From: the human T2T-CHM13v2.0 reference genome, Homo sapiens
Length of the DNA: 64,000 nt
Direction: 5' to 3' (one strand)
NCBI RefSeq assembly: GCF_009914755.1
Contig: NC_060945.1
Position 1 is the first letter of the stretch; each line of letters starts with the position of its first letter. The notes beneath the pieces are model-generated. The model had not been told where the DNA came from, ran no database searches, and was given only the letters and a program-made list of their open reading frames with translations. This document shows positions 48,660 through 64,000 of this stretch, one piece after another. The translations under genes and the position numbers were made by a program.

Positions 48660-48946
48660 TTTTTATTTGAGACAGAATCTTGCTTTGTTACCCAGGCTGG
48701 AGGGCAGTGGTGCCATCTTGGCTCACTGCAACCTCCGCCTCCAGGTTCAAGCCATTCTTGTGCCTCAGCCTCCCAAGTGGGACCACTGGCATGTACCACC
48801 ACACCCAATTAATTTTTCAATTATTTGTAGAGACAGGGTCTCCCTATGTTGTCCAGGCTGGTCTTGAACTCCTGGCCTCAAGTGATCCACTGCCTCAGCC
48901 TCCCAAAGTGCTGGGATTACAGGTGTGAGCCACCACACCCATCCTG
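48660..48946 (-). mobile_element. Alu (old AluS/J)
   Basis: Reverse dimer. Confidence 0.9.
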
Positions 48947-49179
48947 GAATGGAGTTTCCATCAAAAGATGTGAGACTATGAAGAAAGATGGATTAATTAT
49001 TTCCTGACTGGTGCCAGAGCTGGCGATATCTGATTAGCTCCTTGAAGAATCAAGAAGAATTGGCTAAAATATAGCTTTCTTTACAGAAAAAAAATATTTT
49101 TTACAATGTCCCTAAAACCAATTTTTAAAAAATTTTATTTTATATATGTTGGGGAAAATGATGGTAAAATACAAGAACA

Positions 49180-49730
49180 TAACATAAAATTTACCATCCT
49201 AACCATTTTTAAATGTACCATTCAGTAGTGCCAAGTATATTTACATTGTTGTGTAACCCATTTCCAGAACTTTTTCATCCTGAAAGAGTGAAACTCTATA
49301 TGCATTAAACAACCCTCCATTTCCCCTCTACCCAACCCCTGGCTATCACCATTCTTCTTTCTGTCTCTACGAACTTGATTACTCTAGGGATCTCATATAA
49401 GTGGATCCATACAGTGTTTATCCTTCTGTGACTGTCTAATTTCACTCAACATAATATTTCTAAGTCCCATCCATGTCACAGCATGTCCCAGAATTTCCTT
49501 CCTTTTTCCAGCTGAATAATATTTCATTGTATGGATGTCTACATCACATTTTGTTTATCTACCCACCCGTCAATGGATAATAACTTCCACTTCTTGGCTA
49601 TTGAAGTGGGTTGCTTCCACTTCCTGGCTATTGTGAATAATGCTGCTATGAACATGCATGTTGCATAAACATCTCTTCAAGACTCTGAGTTCAGTTCTTT
49701 TGGATTAATACTCAGAAGGGAAATTGTCAA
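49180..49730 (-). mobile_element. L1MB 3' end
   Basis: acataaaatttaccatcctaaccatttttaaatgtacc ... tattgtgaataatgctgctatgaacat. Confidence 0.85.
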
Positions 49731-49864
49731 GCTTGATTTTTAAATCTCTTAGTGGAAAAGTGTGTTTTATTGTAAAAATAATAGTTGAAGGTAGAGGTAT
49801 GATATGTATTTTATTTTATTTTACTTTTTCTTGTTTCCAGTGGAGTTGGTTGATATACATTTTA

Positions 49865-50035
49865 GAGCTGGACTGCTCAATGTGGTACCCAGGCTAGCAG
49901 CCACAATAGCAGCACCTGAGAGATGGTTCGACCCACAGCAGCTCAGTCAGTAGGGTACTCACTAAACCAGTGTGTACGAGTCATAGGATCCCCAGGTGAT
50001 TCACGTGCATGCTCAGGGTTGAGAAGCTCCGCTCT
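49865..50035. mobile_element. MER5-like hAT MITE
   Basis: ctgctcaatgtggtaccc ... gatcccaggtgattcacgtgcatgctcagggttgagaagc. Confidence 0.65.
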
Positions 50036-51704
50036 AGCATTCACATTGCTTTCCTTCCAGGAGTTTACCATCACGAGTATCTCGCCCTCTTTAGTTTTAC
50101 CTTCATTAAAAAATTTTGTCTTCTCTCCTTTTTTAGCTACATACAAATCATTCCTTTTCAATGACTGTGTTAGAAGTCAATATTTAACACTGCAGCTGCA
50201 GAGATCATTTTTTTCTTTCTTTTTCCTATTAACTGTTTCATCTGCTTCTAAAAGAGTCAGGAATTAGAAAAGAAGGCCCACGTTGAGGTGACTGCTAATT
50301 AAGTCCCATCTTGAAGATGATTAGTTTAATACAGCAACAAAACAAACAAGCAAAAAGAGCATATTTTAGTTTTGGTTGAGAAGGGTAGGACAGAGGAAAA
50401 CAGAAGTATGTGAAAAGAATTGCTAAGTGACTGATAAATAGGCTTAAGTTATTTAAACTGGCACTGAGCGCAACTTAAACAGTATGTTTTGCATCATCTA
50501 AATTTCTAAATACCTGGAGTATATTTGTAAACATGGCAATCTAACATGTTATTGAACAGCACATTCATATTCAAATTAGCATAAACGAGGATTTAACAGC
50601 TGATTGCACAGCGTGAATGATAGTAACTAATTGTCAAGTTGGAAAGTTGCACAGATAATAGTACTAATGCGATCAGCACACAGCAATATGACTTACAGTA
50701 GCAAATTCACAAATTTTCAGCTTGCTGCCCAAGTCCTGTACATAAAAGAAGATTCTGAATTAAGGCAATGTGGCCAAAATGGGCAGTCAGAAGGGAAAAG
50801 AAGAGAGAGAAGGAAGAATCGAGCTAGGTTTGAGGGGCGGTGTGAAACTTTTCTTTCCTCCATGCAAGCCTTCACCTCTTTTATAACAGTCATCAATGGG
50901 GCTCCCTGGCCATTCAGTGCTGTCCCTCTTATAGGAAGCAATTGTTCAGAGGTGTGGCTCATTTCAGGCATTAATCTCTGATGAATGGCGGCTGTGCCTG
51001 GAGCCTGCAGGCAGCTGGTCAGTGGAATGTAACAATGACCACAGGAGGAGAATGGGCAAATGCTTCACTGCAGATGCTGCATCCCCAACATTGACCTTGG
51101 TCATTTCCCTCCCAGGGTGGCGTGGCCCCTCGCAGCAGGAGCCTGGCTTTCTGAACAACTGCCATTGTGGGCAAGGTGGCAGCTACCTGCGGGATTTGTC
51201 CCCTCCTAATAACATTTAGACCCAACAGGTGGTCACAATGAGGGGTGGAAATTGAGGCAAACGTGGACAAGACTGCAGAAGGCAAAACACAAAAACAAAA
51301 CCCCTAATTTTCAGGGAGGAACTTTGTTGCAGAGATTAGCGACTACATGCTCAGCAGGTCTGGTCGGAGGATCTGAAGTCCGGGTGTTGAGCAGCCATCA
51401 GGGGAAGTGGCTGTTCTTTCAGCCCAGGGCTTGCCTCCGGCATGTCCTCCATCCACTGGTCACCAGCCTGCAATGTTAGCCAGGAGTACTAGGGACACTT
51501 TGCCCCAAGGTATTTGCAGAACAGTGGGAGGAGGAGAAATGTGACAAATAATTTGGGTCTCTGCCCACTCCTAGTGCCTTCTATGCCTTTAAATCCCTCT
51601 ACACCCCACCAGGAAATATATGTCCCTATCCTTATCCCTTCTCCCCATCCCGATCTCCATCCCCATCCCCATCTCCACCTCTCTGTACCTTCACCTCTAC
51701 CTCC

Positions 51705-51815
51705 ATCAGTCTATCATACCTATCTATTATCTATCTATCCATCTATCATACCTGTCTCTATGATCTCTATCATTGCTATCTCTATCATATCTATCTCTAT
51801 AATCTCTATCATTGC

Positions 51816-51858
<43 letters not shown>

Positions 51859-52453
51859 GATATAGTTGGGCTGTGTGTCCCCCTCCCAAATCTCATCTCA
51901 AATTGTAATCCCCATAATCCCCACGTGTCAAGGGAGGACCTGGTGGGAGGTGATTGGATCTTGAGGGCAGTTTCCCCCATGCTGTTCTCATGACAGTGAG
52001 TGAGTTCTCACGAGAGTGAATGGTTTCATAAGTGTTTGGCAGTTCCTCCTGATCTCTCTCTTTCCTGCCTCCTTGTGAAGAAGGTTGCCTGCTTCTCCTT
52101 CTCCTTCCGCCATGATTGTAAGTTTCCTGAAGACTCCCCAGCTATGCAGAACTGTGAGTCAATTAAATCTCTTTCCTTTATAAATTATCCAGTTTTAGGT
52201 ATTTCTTTGTAGCAGTGTGGAAATGGAATGATACACTATATATCAATCTCTATCATCTATCTCTATTTATCATGCTTATCTGTCTACCTATCTACCATAT
52301 CTATGATATCTATCATTATCTATCTATCTGTAGCTACTATCTATTGATCTATTTATCTATATCTACTATCTATCTATCATTTATGTATCTCTGCCATCTC
52401 TACCTATCTGTCTATCATCTATCTGTTTCTATTATCTACTATCTACCTATCTA
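51705..52453. repeat. Degenerate (CTAT)n tract with a perfect (CTAT)10 STR at 51817-51856, split by an MST LTR
   Basis: Read directly. Confidence 0.9.
51858..52235 (+). mobile_element. MSTA-like MaLR solo LTR
   Basis: tgatatagttggg ... gaatgataca; 5-bp TSD ctatc/ctata. Confidence 0.88.
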
Positions 52454-53079
52454 ACACAGAAACATAGATTTGGTCATGTACTACTTATTACTTCTATGCC
52501 TTTAATGACTCTAACCATTATTGACTCTGCGTTGACAACAAAAAGTCTGAACTTTTAACAAGGATTGAAAGTCTTTCACAATCTGTCTTCACCTTGGCTT
52601 TTTAGCATCTTCTTTCCCTCTCCACTCCCCACAACAGGTGACAGATACTGTGCTAGGTACAGTATGTCCTGTACTTCCTCCCTCTCCACTAACCACCCTC
52701 ATCACCCCTCTCACTGCCTCCGATTTCCTTCCCCCCAGGGCCTGGTCTCAGAGCCACACTAGGCCATGGGACTCTTGTGTCCCTGCCCCAACTCTGCTCT
52801 TCCCCCTCTGGCCGCCATCCTTGCGGTCTCCTCTCGAGACTTCTTTTCTCTGTGAACCCCTGTCTCGCTGCACTAATGGCTTCTTCTTCAGAGCTCCCGC
52901 CTGTCGAGAGCCAAACATGGCTGCCTGTCTGCTGGTCTGAGGATTCCTTTCTCACTGTACCCCAGGGCCCAGGAGCATTTCCAGTAGAACAATGTGTGTG
53001 TGGGGGGCAGGGGTAGGTCGGGGGATGAGTGTAGATTGCCTTGCCTGCCTGCAGGGAAGCCAAGGCCTCAGGCTGTAGA

Positions 53080-53280
53080 GCCAGGCAGCTGCTGGTCCTA
53101 GCTGCACCACTTACCAGCTGTGTCCTCTGGGGCCAGTGTCCTCATCTCTCTGAACCTCTTTCGTCAACTGTACAGTGGAGCTCATAACAGCGCCTTCCTC
53201 ACAAGGTTGCTCTGAGGAGTGAAGGAATGAATGCAGGTGCAGGGCTTAGAAGAGAGCTTAGCACACCGTAGGTGCTCAGT
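53080..53280 (+). mobile_element. MIR
   Basis: ccacttaccagctgtgtcctctggggcc ... catctctctgaacctc ... aggtgctcagt. Confidence 0.65.
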
Positions 53281-55196
53281 TGGCAGAATGTATGTGAACT
53301 CCCTGAGGGCAGGTACCTTGATTGACTCACTCATAGGCTCTCAGCTCCTAAGACCAGGCCTGGCATGACAAAGAATTGAGTGACAGTGATGACCAAGTGT
53401 GAGGATTGGAGTTGGCAGATTCCACAGGGATTTCATCCATGTGGGGCTGAAACAAGCCTCAGGTGACCAGCAAGCCTCTCTCTCCTCTGCATTTGGAAAT
53501 ACTGTGCCTGGGTCATTACTCTTTTGTTACTGTTGCTCCAACTCATCGGGAACCACATACCCTGCCATATTGTCATTCCTGGCCAGACCTGGGGACCAGC
53601 ACTATCCAGCCTCACTGCACGATTTGAAACTGTCTTCAAGAGCATCCTCTACCAGCTTTCCACACTGAAGGTGATTCCATTTTCTCTGCTGCTGCACAGT
53701 TGGCAAGTCACCTGGTCGTGAGGTCTTGACCTATCCCATGTTTGGCTTGGTGCGTTCTCCTGCATGGCTTTGCCGTACCCTGTTGCATGCAGGGAACTTG
53801 CAGCACTTTTGTTTCCCTCACTTTTATATATGTTAGCTTCCCCTGACCTAGCCAAGCTTCTTTTGGATGCAAGTGCCCAAAACAAACTCAAGAAACTGTG
53901 AGAAAGACAAATGGGGTGTGAGTGGTAAGTAAGGGTGGTTTTTCCAAGGAATCAGGGATTGCTCTCGGGAAAGGCTGGAGACAGGCACAGAGGCTACCGT
54001 CTCCACCCCACAGAGCCTGGAACCAGTGTGCCAGAGGGTGGATGTGGGGCAATGGCTTCAGATACAGGTTGTCTGGGAGCAGGTTCCACCCCAGGGCAGG
54101 CCAGAGGAGAGGTTTTGGCCTTGGACAGTCCTTGCTCTGGTGAGCAGTTTGGAGAGAGTTCATTTCCTGAGGTAGGTTACTTTGGGGCTGAGTGAGATGG
54201 GACCTTTATCCAATTTTCCAGGCATTCCTGGGGGACATGTCAGGAAAAGAGCTTCTCAGGGAATGACTCTTAGGGCCTGGTATGACTGGGATTCTCTGAT
54301 GTGGGAGATGGGACCCCACTTCAGCACAGGAAGAAGGTCTGTGCTAAGTCTACCCTTGCACATAGTGAATCATTGGCTTAACTCAGAGACCAAAAGATAC
54401 AGGTGGGCTGGAATTGGAGTGGGAATTGGGGATGGTGTCAGGAGACAATTTATGAGGATTTTTGAGAGATTCTGGGGATTCATCATCTATTTCTCAAAAT
54501 CAAGTCACATATTTCGTAGACAATTTTCATTCCCAAGTTATAAAAGGATGATTCTTAATCCCAGGATAAAATTTGTCATTTTAGGATTTGTGCATTGCTA
54601 AAGACAAGCATTGTTACAAGGAACAAACAGCCAGGTTTCTCAGTATTACTCAGTTACAGAGAAAGTAGGATCTGGTTTTGGTCTCACTTTGCTAATTCAA
54701 ATAGAATTTGTTTTTGTTATGGCTTTTAGATGATCCCTATTTCACAGAAAATGTCTACAGTCTATACATTTTTATTTGTGCCATGGCAAATTCAATTCAG
54801 TTTTACTTTTTAAAATTTTTCACAAGGAAGAGTAAAAATGAGAGGTTAAAAAAAATCTGTATTTCATGAAAGGCTTGTATGACGACAACGAAGCTATTGA
54901 ATTTGGGATGTGAAGACCCTCTTTTCAACACAATGAGAACAGTTTGTTGTTCAGATTAGACTAGTTCCTGAAATTTACCAAAACCCCAAACAAAATATTA
55001 GCAAATACAATACAGCAATATATAAAAAGAAGAATTTATCTTGACGAAGTGTGGTTTTTACAAGGTACAGAAAATTGGTTGAACATTCAATAAACAATTA
55101 TATCATAAAGAAGCAAAACGTTGTACCATCTCAGTAAATCCAAAGGAATCCCTCAGTGAAATTCAACATCCATCCAAGATTTTAAAAAGCAAACAA

Positions 55197-55578
<382 letters not shown>

Positions 55579-56285
55579 CTATCTACCAAACACAGAACTA
55601 AAATAATATTTAATGGTTAAATATTAAATGCTTTTCCCCTATAGCGAGGGCAAGAATGTCCACGCTCATCACTTCTATTCAACAATGTAGTAGAGGGCAA
55701 AGCCAGTGCAATAAGGCAAGAACAAGAAATTAAAGGCCTAAAAATCTGAAAGGAAGGAGTAAAACTATCTTTGTTCACAAATGACATCATTGTGTACATG
55801 AAATGTCCAAAGGAATCTACAAACAAGCTACTAGAATTTTAAAAATAAATTCAGCAAGGTTATAAAATAAAAGGTCAATGTACAAATATTGAAATATATT
55901 TCTATATACAGGCAACAAACAATGAGAGAATAAAATTAAAATATACTACTTAAAGTAGTATAAGAATCATATATTCAGAATACACTTAAATTTAGTGAAA
56001 GATATGCAAGATCACTACATGAGAATTTATAAAATATTGCTGAAAAAGTTAAAGAAGTTTTCAATAAATGGACAGTTATGCCATGTTCATGTATTGGACA
56101 ACTTAGCATGTTAAGATATCAGCTTTCCTCACATTTATCTACAGATTCAATTTAATCCCAATCCAACTGTAGAAATGGACATGCTGATTCTAGAATATAT
56201 CTGCAAAGGATCTAAAATAGCCGAAACAGCTACAGAAAAGAAGAGCAAAGTTGGACGAGTTATACTAGCTGATTTGAAGAGTTAT

Positions 56286-58574
56286 TGTATTAGTCCATTT
56301 TCACACTGCTAATAAAGACATACCCAAGACTGAGAAGAAAAAGAGGTTTAATTAGACTTACAGTTACACATGGCTGGGGAGGCCTCAGAATCATGACGGA
56401 AGGCAAAAGGCACTTCTTTCATGTTGGCAGCAAGAGAAAATGAGGAAAAAGCAAAAGCGAAAACCTCTGATAAACCCATCCAATCCCTTGAGACTTATTC
56501 ACTATCACAAGAATAGCATGGGAAAGACCGGCCCCCATGATTCAATTACCCGCCCCCCCCCCGGGTCCCTCCCACAACATATGGGAATTCTGGGAGATAG
56601 AATTCAAGTTGAGATTTGGCTGGGGACACAGTCAAACCATATCATTCCGCCCCTGGCCCTTCCAAATCTTATGTCCTCACATTTCAAAACCAATCATGCC
56701 TTCCCAACAGTTCCCCAAAGTCTTAACTCATTTCAGCATTAACCCAAAAGTCCACAGTCCAAAGTCTCATCTGAGACAAGGCAAGTCCCTTCTGCTTATG
56801 AGCCTGTAAAATCAAAAACAAGTTAGTTACTTCCTAGATACAATGAGGGTACAGGTATTGGGTAAATACAGCTGTTCCAATTGGGAGAAATTGGCCAAAA
56901 CGAAGGGGTTACAGGGCCCATGCAAGTCCAAAATCCAGTGGGGCAGTCAATTTTAAAGCTCCAAAATGATCTCCTTTGACTCTCGGTCTCACATCCAGGT
57001 CACATTGATGCAAGAGGTGGGTTCCCATGGTCTTGGGCAGATCTACCCCTGTGGCTTTGCAGGATATAGCCTCCCTCCCAGCTGCTTTTATGGGCTGGCA
57101 TTGTTTGTGGCTTTTCCACGTGCACGGTGCAAGCTGTTGGTGGATCTACTATTCTGGGGTCTGGAGTATGGCGGCCCTCTTCTCACAGCTTCACTAGGCA
57201 GTGCCCCAGTAGGGACTCTGTGTGGAAGCTCTGACCTGATATTTCCCTTCTGCACTGCCCTAGCAGAGATTCTCCATGAATGCCCTGCCCCTGCAGCAAA
57301 CTTCTGCCTGGGCATCCAGGCATTTCCATGCATCCTCTGAAATCTAGGCGGAGGCTCTCAAACCTCAATTCTTGACTTCTGTGTACCTGCAGGCTCAATA
57401 CCACATGGAAGCTGCCAAGGCTTGGGACTTCCACCCTCTGAAGCCACAGCCCATGCTGTTACATTGGCCCCTTTCAGCCGCGGCTGGAGTGGCTGAGACA
57501 CAGGGCACCAAGTCCACAGCATGGGGATCCTGTGCTGGGCAACGAAACCACTTTTTCTTCCTGGGTCTCCGGGTCTGTGATGACCTGGTGATGTGATGTT
57601 CCGTGTTGCCATGAACGTCTCTGACATGGCCTGGAAACATTTTCCCCATGGTCTTGGGGATTAACATTAGGCTCCTTGCTACTAGTGCAAATTTCTGCAG
57701 CCAGCTTGAATTTCTCCCCAGAAAATGGGTTTTTCATTTCTGTTGCATAGTCAGGCTGCAAATTTTCCCAACTTTTATGCTCTGCTTCTCTTATAAAACT
57801 GAATGCCCTTAACAGCATCCAAATCACTCTTGAATGCTTTGCTGCTTAGACATTTCTTCTGTCAGATACCCTAAATCATCTCTCTGAAGTTCAAAGTTCC
57901 ACAAATCTCTAGGGCAGGGGCAAAATGCTACCAGTTTCTTTGCTTAAACATAACAAGAGTCACCTTTGCTCCAGTTCCCAACAAATTTCTCATCTCCATT
58001 TGAGACCACCTCAGCCTGGATTTTATTGTCCATATTGCTATCAGCATTTTGGGCAAAGCCCTTCAACAAGTCTCTAGGAAGTTCCAAACTTTCCCACATT
58101 TTCCTATCTTCTTCTGAGCCCTCCAAACTGTTCCAATCTCTCCCTGTTACCCAGGTCCAAACTCACTTCCACATTTTTGGGTATCTTTTCAGCAATGCCC
58201 CACTCTACTTGTACCAATTTACTGTATTAGTCCATTTCCACACTGCTTATAAAGACATACCCAAGACTGAGAAGAAAAAGAGATTTAATTGGACTTACAG
58301 TTCCACATGGCTGGGGAGGCCTCAGAATCATGGAGGAAGGCAAAAGGCACTTCTTACATGGCGGCAGCAAGAGAAAATTAGGAAGAAGCAAAAGCGAAAA
58401 CCTCTGATAAACCCATCAGATCTCATGAGACTTATTCACTATCATGAAAATAGCATAGGAAAGACTGGCCCCCATGATTCAATTACCTCCCCTGGGTCCC
58501 TCCCACAACACATGGAATTCTGGGAGATAAAATTCAAGCCAAGATTTGGGTGAGGACACAGCCAAACCATATCA
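56286..58574 (-). mobile_element. THE1A MaLR provirus, full length (LTR 56286-56644, internal 56645-58222, LTR 58223-58574)
   Basis: Two direct LTRs tgtattagtccattt...aaaccatatca; THE1-int sequence between them; 5-bp TSD gttat/cttat. Confidence 0.93.
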
Positions 58575-58617
58575 CTTATTAAAAAGCTATAGTAATCAAG
58601 ACAGTGTGGTATTGGTA

Positions 58618-59753
<1,136 letters not shown>

Positions 59754-59933
59754 TCAATTGATTTTTGACAAAACTGCCAAAGCAATTTAATGTGAGAAAG
59801 AAAATAAATCACATGTCAGTAAATGGTAGGGAAAAATGGTAGAAAAATGAGATATTGGCATAGAAAAAAATTAACCTTGGGTCCTACATCATACCACACA
59901 TATAAATTAATTTGAAATTAAAAATTAAAGACA

Positions 59934-60298
<365 letters not shown>

Positions 60299-60474
60299 TC
60301 ACTATTGGAGACAGGTAAAAATGTCTTAGAAAGTAAAAAAAAAAGGTATTAACAATAAAAACAAACTATTCACATATTCACATATTGGACCTCATCTCAA
60401 TTAGACACTTTTCATCAAAAGAAACATCATTAAGAAACTGAAAAGTTAAGCCACAGACTGGGAGAAAATATTCA

Positions 60475-60513
60475 ACACACACACACACACACACAGACAC
60501 ACATACACACACA
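60475..60513. repeat. (CA)n microsatellite, interrupted
   Basis: Read directly. Confidence 0.85.
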
Positions 60514-60764
60514 GACTTCACCTAGAATATATTTGAAAATTTCCATATATTAGTAATAAAAAAACAAACAATTCATTAAAAATGGACAAGAAATTTGAGT
60601 AACCACTTTGCAAAGGAAGATACTTGAGTTGGTAAGAAACATGAAAAGATGTTCAACATCATTCAGCAAGAGGTAAATGGAAATTAAAACCACAGTAAGA
60701 TACTGCAACACACTCACCAGAATGTCTAAAATTAAAGAAAGACTGATAATACCAAGTGTTGGCA

Positions 60765-61325
60765 TAATAGGTTTTTTTGCCCAGTGCGTAGCAAGTCCAT
60801 ATACTGAGACACTGCAGCCGAGAGTTCAATAATTGCAGGGCAGCCAAATGAGGAGACAAGAGGAAATCTCAAATCTGCCTCCTTGAGGAATTTGGAGCTA
60901 GGGATTTTAAGAGGTTTGGAGTAGTCTGAGGTGTGGGGGCTGTTGATTGGTTGAAGAAAGCAGGGTGAAATCACGGGACTGAGAGATGAAGAAACAGTGT
61001 TCCCATGCTAATTCACTTCCTCTTTGTGGGTCTGCACGCTGGTTGGCATCAGCTATTTTGCTGGAAATCAGGATCTGAGAAACATCTTAAGCAAATTTTA
61101 GACAAAAGCCATATGATTCTAAGGTCAGAAATTCCATCTGTGGGAAGGGTATAGGATGGGCAAGTGGTTGTATCTAGTGCTATATGACTTTTGGTTAGCA
61201 AGCAGCTATAAGGAAGTGGACCAATGTGCAGCCTTATTAATGCTTAATTATGACTATATTTCTGTCCAGAACTTGGCATGCAATTTTTGTGAGCCTAGCA
61301 TGCAATTCTTGTGAGGGTAGTTTCA
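60765..61325 (-). mobile_element. ERV1 solo LTR (LTR26/LTR8-like)
   Basis: gaggagacaagaggaaatctcaaatctgcctcc ... tgttgattggttgaag ... gggtagtttca. Confidence 0.65.
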
Positions 61326-61639
61326 GTGGCAACTGTACCATGTTGGCAGGAGTATAAATTAGTGTAATCTTAGTTAAATGTGTGCCCATGTTATCACCCA
61401 GAAAATCTACTCCTAGGTATGTTGCAAAGAAAAATGCCCATAAAAAGATGTGTCCAAGAATGTTCATGGTAGCTTTATTCTTAATAACCCCACACTGAAA
61501 ACACAAGAGAACTGATAAGCAAACTGGCATATTTTTACAATGGATTACTGCTCACCAATCAAAAGAAACATACTACTAATACAAGCAACATCATGAATTA
61601 ATTTGAAAAACATTATATTGAATGCAAGAAGCATAGTTT

Positions 61640-61878
61640 CTTTCTGTGTCTTCACATCACCTTCTCTCTGTGCATGTTTGTCTCTGTGTCCAAATTTTCC
61701 TTTGTTATAAGGACACCAGTCATATAAGGTTAGGGCCCACACTAATGAGCCCATTTTAACTTGATGAGGTCTATAAAGACCCTATTCAAAAATAAGATCA
61801 CATTCTGAGGTCCCAGGGGTTAAGATTCCAGTGTGTTTTTTGGTGGGGTGGGCGGCACATAGTTCAACCAAATGGCAC
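61640..61878 (-). mobile_element. MLT1B/C-like LTR fragment
   Basis: ctctgtgtccaaattttcctttgttataaggacaccagtcatat ... gatcacattctgaggt. Confidence 0.75.
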
Positions 61879-64000
61879 AGTTACATTTTAACACAGCCTC
61901 CTGGATAGGCGCCGATGTCCACTGCATCTCTGGTAGGAGAATCTGGGGTGTCTAAATGTGGGGATAGTCCATCCTCCCCTCCTGCCCCTCCCAGGCCTAA
62001 GATGCGTGGTGCATGGACAGCTCTCCTGGGAAGCTGTTTCCTCTGTGTATCACAGAGCAAAGCCAGACCTCAAAACTTCATTGAAATTAAGCAATACATA
62101 CTCCCCTATCTCTACAGAAACCTCATGAAAATGGTGCTGAATAATTGGTTTTAAACAAGTATCGTCTTGAAGCAGGTCTAGTATGTCTAGAGAGAAGGCT
62201 GTGAACCTGAAACCAGTGGGCAGTGACTTTTTTTTCAACTAAAGAAAAAGCTGGTGATAAATATTAACAATATAAAAAATGTTCCAGAAACCAGGCCAGC
62301 AAAACCTAAGCAGGAATGTCATGGACAGCTTCTTATAAATGCTTCGTGTTGTTGTTAATCCCAGTTTTAATTTCTAGCCTTATTAAAGACTTAAGGCTTT
62401 ATCTCCGTTTCTTTCCCCTGGAAAACCAGATGCACATAATGATCTTTATTTCTGTCATTTTCTCAGTGGTCACAGGGTCTATGCTGCTTAATCTTTTTTA
62501 TTTCCACGTGGATTAATGAGGGCTGTGTGGCTCTGTCTTTGTCCCCTGATGAGTCCCAGGGACAAGCATCTGTGGGATTCAACATTGCTTCTCAGAGCAA
62601 GATTTTCACCGTGTAGATAAATGCCGCAGTGGAGGGGGGTAAGTACTGGGTGCCAGCTTTGCTGAAACAGGCAGAACAGAATCCATCATAACCTGTTAAA
62701 TGGCCTCCCCCTAGCCCCCGATAATTGCATTTATGTCTCAGCCAGAGAACTTGTCTGGAAGGCTTTTGCAAGTACAACGCCCCACAGACGGCAGGGAGAG
62801 AAGAGCGATCAGAGAAACAGAGTCTTAGAATCAAAAATGACCTTAAATCATTTAATCCAGCCTGCCTTAAACAAAACAAAACAAAACAGAACAAAGCAAA
62901 ACACCAGAGAGGCTGTGTGTTTTCTAAAGGATACACCACAGCAATACATAACACCATGAATTAATGGAAGAGAAGATCTGGTCTCAACAATGCCCCATTG
63001 ACTGTAGCCTAAGGACCTAATAGCACCAAGGGTGAATATTTGTTTGTCACCTGCTTTAAAAACATGTGCAAAGTTAGGGGATTAAGACTTCAGATACCTG
63101 CCACGGGTGTGTTCTTATGCTGTGAAGGGCTTCACAACCTTGATGAACGTATTCTTGGTGGGAGGGGTGCTTAACATCAGTATTATTTTTCTTCCCCAGC
63201 AAAAAAAAATCCATTTGAGGATGTTCCAAAGAGTATAAATAATATGTGACTTTTTTTTTTACACCAAACTTGGAGCATTTGAACAGAGAAGTAGTAAAAG
63301 AATTACTTTTAAAATACATCGTTAGTAAGGAATAAAGGTATATTCATGATTTTGGAATGAAAAGAAATATGAATATTTTAAGAGCTTTGTTCTGGTTATT
63401 CATGATGTATTGGCCACAGTTACAAGTATTCAGAATTTAGATGACTCCCCTACCTTTCTTGTTCCACTGAGCTAATGGGGGTTGGGGGTTTGCCATGGTC
63501 CAGTAGGAACTATGGAGTTTCTAGGAGAAAAGGGGTGTTCTCCCGTGTAAAGAGTCAAGGATATCTAATTCCTGTAAGGTCAAAAAGGACAGTGGCGATA
63601 TGGAAATTGGAATTTTATAAATAGGAAAAGAGGGTAACATTGAAATATGAATTAGGACATAGAATTGCAAATGGATATTTAACAAATAGGAAAAGTGTTT
63701 GGTCCAACAAGGGCAACTTAGAGGTCGGGCCAGATTCGGAGTAAGAAGATGAATGTTGGGAGTAAAAGGAGAGGCAAAAATAAGTGGTTGGGTCCTGACT
63801 GTAGAGAGGCACAGTAACAGCGGCACTGGAGGCTTATGAAGACTTGTGTGATGTGCAGTTTGAAGGTGTGTGACATCTTTGGCCTCTCAAAGCTCCATTT
63901 TTGGTTGACAGTTGCACATGACTGGAGCCCAGTAGTCAAGAACTTGAGCTTCAGCTTCAGATAAACCTGGCTCAAGTCGCACTCCACTTTTGGTTACACG

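Noticed and set aside
51514-52454. Ile/Tyr/Leu/Ser-rich ORFs
   Set aside because: Translation of (CTAT)n repeats and the LTR
56440-58553. ORFs of 100-195 aa in THE1A
   Set aside because: Broken MaLR internal and LTR frames with no intact product

Overview
Primate (human-like) non-coding DNA. I see no intact protein-coding gene: the listed ORFs fall in Alus, L1, LTRs or a pseudogene, or are short chance ORFs. The window is repeat-rich, with about 30 Alus, L1PA and L1M pieces, a nested Tigger4 and MaLR elements, including a full THE1A provirus. A 7.2-kb ERV1 (MER4/HUERS-group) provirus has a CTTG target-site duplication (TSD), a partly deleted 5' LTR, and a nested MER52 LTR and Alu. The most informative non-TE element is a retroposed SNORA70 (U70)-intron-RPL10 processing intermediate (23591-24165, minus strand) whose H/ACA boxes and 18S guide pocket are intact. 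Two local ~250-300 bp duplications lie close by: a direct copy exactly 1700 bp away, and an inverted copy that splits a MIR. Several TE-poor blocks dense in homeobox/SOX/POU motifs look like developmental enhancers. I find no evidence for a new multi-gene system; the best leads are these duplications, the snoRNA retrocopy and the candidate enhancers. Repeat subfamily names come from memory of consensus sequences, and boundaries of old repeats are approximate.
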